From Elusimicrobiota bacterium (GTDB taxonomy: Bacteria; Elusimicrobiota; Elusimicrobia; Elusimicrobiales; UBA9959): a stretch of DNA of 64,000 nt. A model generated the notes under the pieces. It saw only the letters and a list, made by a program, of their open reading frames with translations, ran no database searches and was not told where the DNA came from. The stretch spans positions 45,428-109,427 of the forward strand of contig JAINCQ010000040.1 of assembly GCA_036574205.1 (NCBI GenBank). The letters run 5' to 3'. Shown in pieces: positions 58,296-64,000 of this stretch (the stretch's first letter is position 1; each line of letters starts with the position of its first letter). The translations under genes were made by a program, and so were the position numbers.

Positions 58296-59465
58296 TTAAT
58301 AAGATGTAATAAGATACTCTGTAAACCCTTTTACCTCAATTAACTCCTCTTTAAACCTGAGATAATCGTAATCCCCACTAAGAATTTTAACACAATTATT
58401 TTTTAAAACCTCATTAAGAGCATTTTCAAAACTAGGATAAACTGTGCGATTGGGTATGGGGGAAGCATTTTCAATAAGCTTTAAATAAAAATTAAGCTCT
58501 TTCTTTGTAATATATTTTTCGGGATCTGACTTAAATGGCGAAAAAACACCAATAGATTTTATAAGAGGTATAATTTTCTGTGGCTCATAAAACCATGATA
58601 TAAACTGGCGCAACTCCTCTATAAGGGAGGTTCCAGAAAAAAATATAAAATTATAACTTCTTACTAATTCATTTTTTCTCATTATGTCAGGAAAGCGGCA
58701 AACCTCTATATTCTTAATTTCCATAAGATCTCTTCTAAAACTGAAAGCAAGAGAACTTAAATTCCTTTTTAAAAAACCCATATCAAAAAAACTTTCTTCA
58801 AAAAGAGGAAAATATCCTTTTACCGCAAGATCCAGGAACTCAGATAATGAAATTACAACCTCATCCTTATGAGTATTAACGGTTGTGCCATCATCCGAAA
58901 AATATCCTTCACTTCTATTCATAACTGCAACAAGTGAATCATCCGATGTTATATATCCGCAAGGATTTGTATTATCAAATGGATAATAATTTTTCCCACG
59001 ATATTTTTTCTTCAATTTTTCACAAATAACAGGAAGATCTGTCCATTTAAGATTTTCCATCTCAGAAGGTTTTGCAACTCTTAAGAGCATGTCTTTTTTA
59101 TAAAAAAGAGCCATAATCTCAAAATAAACTGGAAGGGAAAAAAAATTAGAAGTGTTTTCATATGTCATAGTTTTTTTGAGAAATTCAAATATCTTATTAC
59201 AATCAAAATCCATGGCTATAACTTCAACTGGAAGAGAAAGTCCCAATTTTGCAGCAAGAGATGTCCATTGGTGAGGAATTTCTATGATATCAGCCAATTT
59301 TAAATCAGGTTTTTCAAAAAAACAAAACAGGCTTTTCCAGATATTCTCTCTGCTTTTTATTTCTATTTCAATAGGTATTCCTCTTTCCTTATAAAAACTT
59401 TTTGCCATTTCAAAGAAGAAAGAATATTTATTATAATTATAGTCGTTTAATATCCATATTTTCAT
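58296..59465 (-). CDS. Sugar-type solute-binding-fold protein lacking a signal peptide
   Basis: ADIIEIP..W, FSLPVYFE.MALFY.KDML, WTDL...CEKL pattern of cluster-1 SBPs; starts MKIWILND. Confidence 0.6.
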   Translation of the reverse strand: MKIWILNDYNYNKYSFFFEMAKSFYKERGIPIEIEIKSRENIWKSLFCFFEKPDLKLADIIEIPHQWTSLAAKLGLSLPVEVIAMDFDCNKIFEFLKKTMTYENTSNFFSLPVYFEIMALFYKKDMLLRVAKPSEMENLKWTDLPVICEKLKKKYRGKNYYPFDNTNPCGYITSDDSLVAVMNRSEGYFSDDGTTVNTHKDEVVISLSEFLDLAVKGYFPLFEESFFDMGFLKRNLSSLAFSFRRDLMEIKNIEVCRFPDIMRKNELVRSYNFIFFSGTSLIEELRQFISWFYEPQKIIPLIKSIGVFSPFKSDPEKYITKKELNFYLKLIENASPIPNRTVYPSFENALNEVLKNNCVKILSGDYDYLRFKEELIEVKGFTEYLITSY

Positions 59466-59466
59466 A

Positions 59467-60462
59467 TCAAATCCATCCACTTATTTTAAGGGAAGAATCT
59501 ATCTGAATATTGTTTTTATATTTTCCCTTATCAAGTCTTCTTAAAACAGCTACACCAATCATAGCGGCATTGTCAGAAGTATATTCTTTGTCAGGAAGAA
59601 AAATATTAATTCCTGTATTGCCAAATCTATCCATCAATCTTTCTCTCAAAAAAGAATTAACTGAAACTCCACCACAAACCACTATATTGCAAACTCCAAA
59701 TTTCTTAACTGCTTCATCAAGTTTATTTATAAGACTTTCAAAAACAGATTTTTGAAAAGCCGCGGCTATTTCACTTTTCTGGGCAACTGTAATACTCTTT
59801 AAGCCCTTTACATAATAGGCTATCTGGGTTTTTATCCCACTAAAAGAATACTCAAAACTATTTTTAATATATGGTACGGTAAATTTAATATTTGAAAACT
59901 TAGATTTTTCAGCTATTTTTTCTATTTTAGGACCACCAGGATAACCAAGTCCAAGTATCCTTGCTACCTTATCAAAAGCTTCACCACACGCATCATCTCT
60001 AGTTTTTCCTATAAGACTATAAACCCCATAATCTTTCACATACCACAACTCAGTATGTCCACCAGAAACTATAAGCGCAATTAGCGGAAACTTAAGTTTT
60101 TTTATAACCCTTTTACCCTCTATCTCAGTTGAAAGCAAGTGTCCTTCAAGATGATTTACGCCAATTATCTTAGTCTTAAAATACCTGGAAAGAGTTAATG
60201 CAGCTATCTTCCCTACTAAAAGAGAGCCTTTAAGCCCCGGTCCTTTTGTAAATCCCACAGCATCCAGCTTTTTTATTTTAAGCTTACTAATCAACTCATA
60301 TATTTTTTTGCTATGCTCCCTGCTGGCTATTTCAGGGACAACCCCACAGTATTTTTTATGAGCCTCTATTTGAGAATAAACATAATGAGATACTATTGTG
60401 TTATTTCTAAATAACGCAACAGATGTCTCATCGCAACTTGTTTCAATCGCTATAAAATGCAT
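59467..60462 (-). CDS. tsaD: tRNA threonylcarbamoyltransferase
   Basis: IETSCDETS, GVVPEIASREH, GPGL, NHLEGH, VSGGHT, DDACGEAFDK, SFSG.KT, DNAAMI. Confidence 0.97.
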   Translation of the reverse strand: MHFIAIETSCDETSVALFRNNTIVSHYVYSQIEAHKKYCGVVPEIASREHSKKIYELISKLKIKKLDAVGFTKGPGLKGSLLVGKIAALTLSRYFKTKIIGVNHLEGHLLSTEIEGKRVIKKLKFPLIALIVSGGHTELWYVKDYGVYSLIGKTRDDACGEAFDKVARILGLGYPGGPKIEKIAEKSKFSNIKFTVPYIKNSFEYSFSGIKTQIAYYVKGLKSITVAQKSEIAAAFQKSVFESLINKLDEAVKKFGVCNIVVCGGVSVNSFLRERLMDRFGNTGINIFLPDKEYTSDNAAMIGVAVLRRLDKGKYKNNIQIDSSLKISGWI

Positions 60463-60617
60463 AACAATTAAATTACATAGTGTTTATTCAAAAAGTATGT
60501 TTACCCAAAAACTGCATAAGCAGTAAGAATTAAGTAAGCAATATATAAGATAAAAAGAAAAATATCTTATAAATCTAAACCTAAGCATGTTAATTTCTTT
60601 AACACTCATATATTGCC

Positions 60618-61898
60618 TTATTTTTTTTCAGCAAATGACATAGTCCCTTTGATTATATCCATCATCCTCAAGATTTCAATTCCTTTTTTCAAAACTTTGT
60701 CTTCTATTTCTTTTTTCTCTGCCTTTTTTTGCTTTCCATCTGGATAATAAATCTCCTGTAACTGTTCATATAAAGCAGTTTCCTCATCCCTTTGAATCTT
60801 CAATTCTATATCTGGAACAATTCCACCTTTGCCAGTTTTTGGATCTCTTTGTATCATATCTCCATTTGGAGTATAATATTTTGCCACAGTAAGCCTTATA
60901 GCAGATTTATCGGATAAAGGAACAATAGTCTGAACACTTGCTTTGCCAAATGTGTTTTCCCCAACAATAATCGCTCTTTTATTATCTTTTAAGGCTCCTG
61001 CTAAAATCTCGCTTGCGGATGCCGAATATCTGTTTACAAGAACGACAAGCGGTATTTTTGAATAAGGAGCTTGAGAATTTGCTCTATATTCACTATAATC
61101 TTTCTCGCTTCTTCCTTTGGTGTAAACTATCATTTTATTTGAGTCTAAAAACATCTTTGCGATATCAATACTTCCAAGCAGAAGTCCACCGGGGTTATAT
61201 CTTAAGTCTATAATGAGTTTTTGCATTCCTTTAGATTCTAAATCGTTCATTGCCTTTTTAAAATCATCAACCATATGGCCTGAGAATTCAAGAATTCTTA
61301 TAAACCCTGTTTCACTGTCTATCATCTTGTAAACCAGAGCATCGACTTTTATCATACTTCTTGTAAGTTCTACATCAAAAACATTCCATTCACTATCTTT
61401 ATTCTCGGGTTCTCTTGCTATAGTAATTTTAACCTTTGTTCCGGGCTTGCCTCTAAGTTTCTCCAGAACCTCTTCACTTGTTATATTTTCAGTTGATTGC
61501 CCTTCTATTTTTATAATCCTGTCTCCCGGGTATATTTTAGCTTTAAAAGCCGGGGTGCCGGGTATGGGGGTTATTACAATAGGCCATCCATCTTTCACAT
61601 CAATTCTTATCCCTATACCTCCAAACTCTCCCTCAGTGTCGCTTTTTACTCTTTCATAAACCTTGGGTCTCATAAACTGCGAAAAATCATCAAGACTATT
61701 AACCATTCCGTTTATTGCCGAATAAATTAAATCTCCATCTTCTTTTATCTCAACATAATTATCCTTAATAATCTCAAAAGCCTCAATAAACACTTTAATT
61801 TTCTCATACGTGGAATCAATAGCATAATTTACATATGGGACTGAAAAACCAATAATAGCTGATACCAAAGATATCAAAAAAATTCTTTTTAATTTCAT
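60618..61898 (-). CDS. ctpA: Carboxy-terminal processing protease (S41A, PDZ)
   Basis: GEFGGIGI, DLRYNPGGLL, SASASEI, TFGKASVQ, YYTPNG; GGAGGAG RBS. Confidence 0.95.
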   Translation of the reverse strand: MKLKRIFLISLVSAIIGFSVPYVNYAIDSTYEKIKVFIEAFEIIKDNYVEIKEDGDLIYSAINGMVNSLDDFSQFMRPKVYERVKSDTEGEFGGIGIRIDVKDGWPIVITPIPGTPAFKAKIYPGDRIIKIEGQSTENITSEEVLEKLRGKPGTKVKITIAREPENKDSEWNVFDVELTRSMIKVDALVYKMIDSETGFIRILEFSGHMVDDFKKAMNDLESKGMQKLIIDLRYNPGGLLLGSIDIAKMFLDSNKMIVYTKGRSEKDYSEYRANSQAPYSKIPLVVLVNRYSASASEILAGALKDNKRAIIVGENTFGKASVQTIVPLSDKSAIRLTVAKYYTPNGDMIQRDPKTGKGGIVPDIELKIQRDEETALYEQLQEIYYPDGKQKKAEKKEIEDKVLKKGIEILRMMDIIKGTMSFAEKK

Positions 61899-61958
61899 AA
61901 CTCCTCCATTTTTTATTCGTTACTATCTACCTCATTTAAAAACATAATTAATTAAAAT

Positions 61959-63098
61959 TTATTTAAGATAATCAAGAGGATTTAATGCATCCTCACCATT
62001 TCTTACCTCAAAATATAAAACATCTTCCTGCATCCCTTCAATATTACGAGGATCAATTCCAGTTTTACCAATAATGGTATCTTCGTTGACAACAGCTCCA
62101 TTATTTACATAAATATCACTTAAAAATCCATATGTAGTATAAATATTATTTTCATGATCAATTATAACAACATTACCAAAACCACGAAAAGCACCACTAT
62201 AAACAACCTTTCCGCTCATAACTGCCTTAACATCAACCCTTGTGGCTGGTTTTATCTTAATACCATCATTTACAAGCCATGTTTTAAGCTCGTCAACATA
62301 TTCTTTCCCAAATTTTCTGATAACCGTTCCAACCACCGGCCATGGCAAAGATTTCCTGGATAGGGGCAAAAAACCAGATGTATTTTTTTTATATGGAGAA
62401 TTTTTCTCTATTTTCCTTATAAGGTTGTTAAGTTCGCTTGCGGTTTTGTTAAGTTCATCTATCTCAAATCTAAGTTTTTTTAATTTAGCATCTGCTTCAA
62501 TAAGCTTTTTTTCACTATCTTTCATCTGTTTTTTATTATCCACAAGCTCTTTTTCCAGAATATGTGCCTGCTGTGAATATTTGTTTTTATCAGTGGAAAG
62601 TTTTGTTATGCTTTTTGAAAAAAAGTTTCTTTTCTGGTCTATGGACTTTACAAAAGCAGATTTATACATAATCATATTTCTTTTAATTATATCTAAAATC
62701 ATCTGATCTTTGCCATAAAAATAAGAGTTTGATAACCCTGACAAATATAAGGAGGAGATATCATTATTCATTTCATCAATCATCTCAGCATAACTTTTCT
62801 TCAATGACTCATATTTTAGCTTTGCGTTATTTATTTCGGATTTTATTTTTTCAAGCGCAAGATTAAGTTTTTCTTTTTTTTCGGTTATACCTTTTTCATT
62901 GTTTTTAAGTTTTTTTATATCCATAAAAATCTTTTCATATTTTTCCATATATTCTTCAAGCTCTTTGTTTTTTTGATCAATTTGTAATTTTATATTTTCA
63001 AGTTTCGCCTTTTTCTCGTTATACATCTTCTGAGAAGACAGGCACAAAGGCAACAAAAAAACAATAGAAAAAACAGCAAATATTAGTTTTTTTTCCAT
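61959..63098 (-). CDS. envC: EnvC-like murein hydrolase activator (coiled coil + degenerate M23)
   Basis: Signal peptide, coiled coil, LPWPV.G, NDGI, G.VVIIDH, TTYGFL (Zn ligands absent), LYFEVR...NP..YL. Confidence 0.85.
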   Translation of the reverse strand: MEKKLIFAVFSIVFLLPLCLSSQKMYNEKKAKLENIKLQIDQKNKELEEYMEKYEKIFMDIKKLKNNEKGITEKKEKLNLALEKIKSEINNAKLKYESLKKSYAEMIDEMNNDISSLYLSGLSNSYFYGKDQMILDIIKRNMIMYKSAFVKSIDQKRNFFSKSITKLSTDKNKYSQQAHILEKELVDNKKQMKDSEKKLIEADAKLKKLRFEIDELNKTASELNNLIRKIEKNSPYKKNTSGFLPLSRKSLPWPVVGTVIRKFGKEYVDELKTWLVNDGIKIKPATRVDVKAVMSGKVVYSGAFRGFGNVVIIDHENNIYTTYGFLSDIYVNNGAVVNEDTIIGKTGIDPRNIEGMQEDVLYFEVRNGEDALNPLDYLK

Positions 63099-63832
63099 TG
63101 ATATAAAACCCATCCCATAAATCCGCCAAAAAGAAGTGTTATAACATGCCACATTTGTTCAGGCCATCTCCATACCTGACTTATATACTTAACAGGATAA
63201 ACCGCAAGATAAATAAAAATTACGGACACTAACGCTCCAAACATTCCATTTAAAAACCATTTAAAAGACTCTCTTACGGAATTAAAAAAATTGCTAAAGC
63301 CAACATATGCCGCTCCTGCAAAAACCATCACTCCTACTATAAGAATTGTAGCCCCTATAACCAGAAAAAGCAATTTAGAATAAAACATTAGATGCATTAT
63401 AGCAATAGCTTCATCAGGTTTATACCTTATATCTATTATATCCTTCACCTTTGATATATCTTCAATAAGAATATCCATGTTTCCGATCGCTTCCTCATAA
63501 ATCTCAATTTCTACAATTTCTGGAACAGGATTGGAAGCCATTGATTTTATGGAAAGATAAAGCTCTTTATCCTCTTTTTCGATTTTCTCAAGGGTTGTCT
63601 TCTGTTCTATAAATTTAACTGACTTAATCCCTTTTATCCTTGAAAGACCTTCATTAATGGATTTATAATCTGGATTTTTTCTTAAAGCCGCAATAACCCT
63701 GAAATCATCAATAAGAATTTTGCTTATTCTAATGCTCTGGAAATAAAAAAAAACAATGGTCTCAAAATATACTCCAAAGATTACAGTAACAAGGAATATA
63801 ATCCTATATCCCTTTTTATTTAATGGTGTCAT
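63083..63832 (-). CDS. ftsX: FtsX-like permease (divergent)
   Basis: TM1, periplasmic domain (I.GI.SV.FI....L, NPVP), then 3 TMs; upstream of envC-ctpA. Confidence 0.6.
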   Translation of the reverse strand: MTPLNKKGYRIIFLVTVIFGVYFETIVFFYFQSIRISKILIDDFRVIAALRKNPDYKSINEGLSRIKGIKSVKFIEQKTTLEKIEKEDKELYLSIKSMASNPVPEIVEIEIYEEAIGNMDILIEDISKVKDIIDIRYKPDEAIAIMHLMFYSKLLFLVIGATILIVGVMVFAGAAYVGFSNFFNSVRESFKWFLNGMFGALVSVIFIYLAVYPVKYISQVWRWPEQMWHVITLLFGGFMGWVLYQWKKN

Positions 63833-63884
63833 AGAGTATATTCTATCACTTTTATAGAATGGTGGCAAATATCCGAATCAAATC

Positions 63885-63953
63885 ATGTAAAATGTAACCA
63901 TAAGGCTAAATGTCAACTCATTTAAAATGTAACTGAAATTTATATAATGTAAC
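63885..63953 (+). promoter_or_regulatory. Array of AATGTAAC direct repeats, candidate OmpR/PhoB-type operator
   Basis: AATGTAAC at 63891, 63926, 63946; AATGTCAAC at 63909; ATGTAA at 63885. Confidence 0.5.
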
Positions 63954-63976
63954 CCTCAATAAAGGAGGGTTGCATT

Positions 63977-64000
63977 ATGAAGTTGAGGTTCAAAATGGAA
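63977..64000 (+). CDS. Start of a gene running off the window (MKLRFKME...)
   Basis: Strong AAGGAGG RBS upstream of ATG 63977. Confidence 0.55.

Noticed and set aside
60484..60609. 41-codon hydrophobic ORF between ctpA and tsaD (MSVKEINMLRFRF...)
   Set aside because: Short, weak RBS, no motif; cannot be told from chance in AT-rich DNA.
61959..62350. Missing zinc ligands in the M23 domain
   Set aside because: This is normal for EnvC-type activators.
1..64000. CRISPR array, cas genes, transposases, rRNA
   Set aside because: No repeat-spacer array or recognisable motifs were seen; the 63.9 kb repeats are only 8-9 nt long.

Overview
AT-rich chromosomal segment of a diderm bacterium (LptD-like protein, GT9, Wza/Wzc). 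Gene content and order suggest Elusimicrobiota, which is an inference and not a database result. Most of the window is housekeeping: psd-pssA, tmk-holB-metG, ndk-murQ-uvrB-nadC-birA-queG, rpmE-prfA-prmC-murA-folC-ROK-lptD, pth, rplY, tsaD, ftsX-envC-ctpA and one tRNA-Leu(UAA). The accessory or unusual parts are: (1) a GC-rich, multi-stem element of about 240 nt directly after the tRNA, containing two copies of a loop motif on stems of different sequence; (2) a metal-uptake operon with no ATPase gene, headed by a leaderless DUF2946-like CxxC/RSPP leader peptide; (3) a decaying deoC-linked bacterial microcompartment locus; (4) a roughly 21 kb co-oriented unit in which a proline-free 2229-aa coiled-coil protein, a second coiled-coil protein and a 2-TM membrane protein sit at the head of a Wza-Wzc-Wzy/glycosyltransferase cluster; (5) a eukaryote-type alanine aminotransferase; (6) recurrent leaderless promoters. 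No CRISPR array, transposase, integrase or prophage was seen. All calls come from motif reading by eye; no searches were run.
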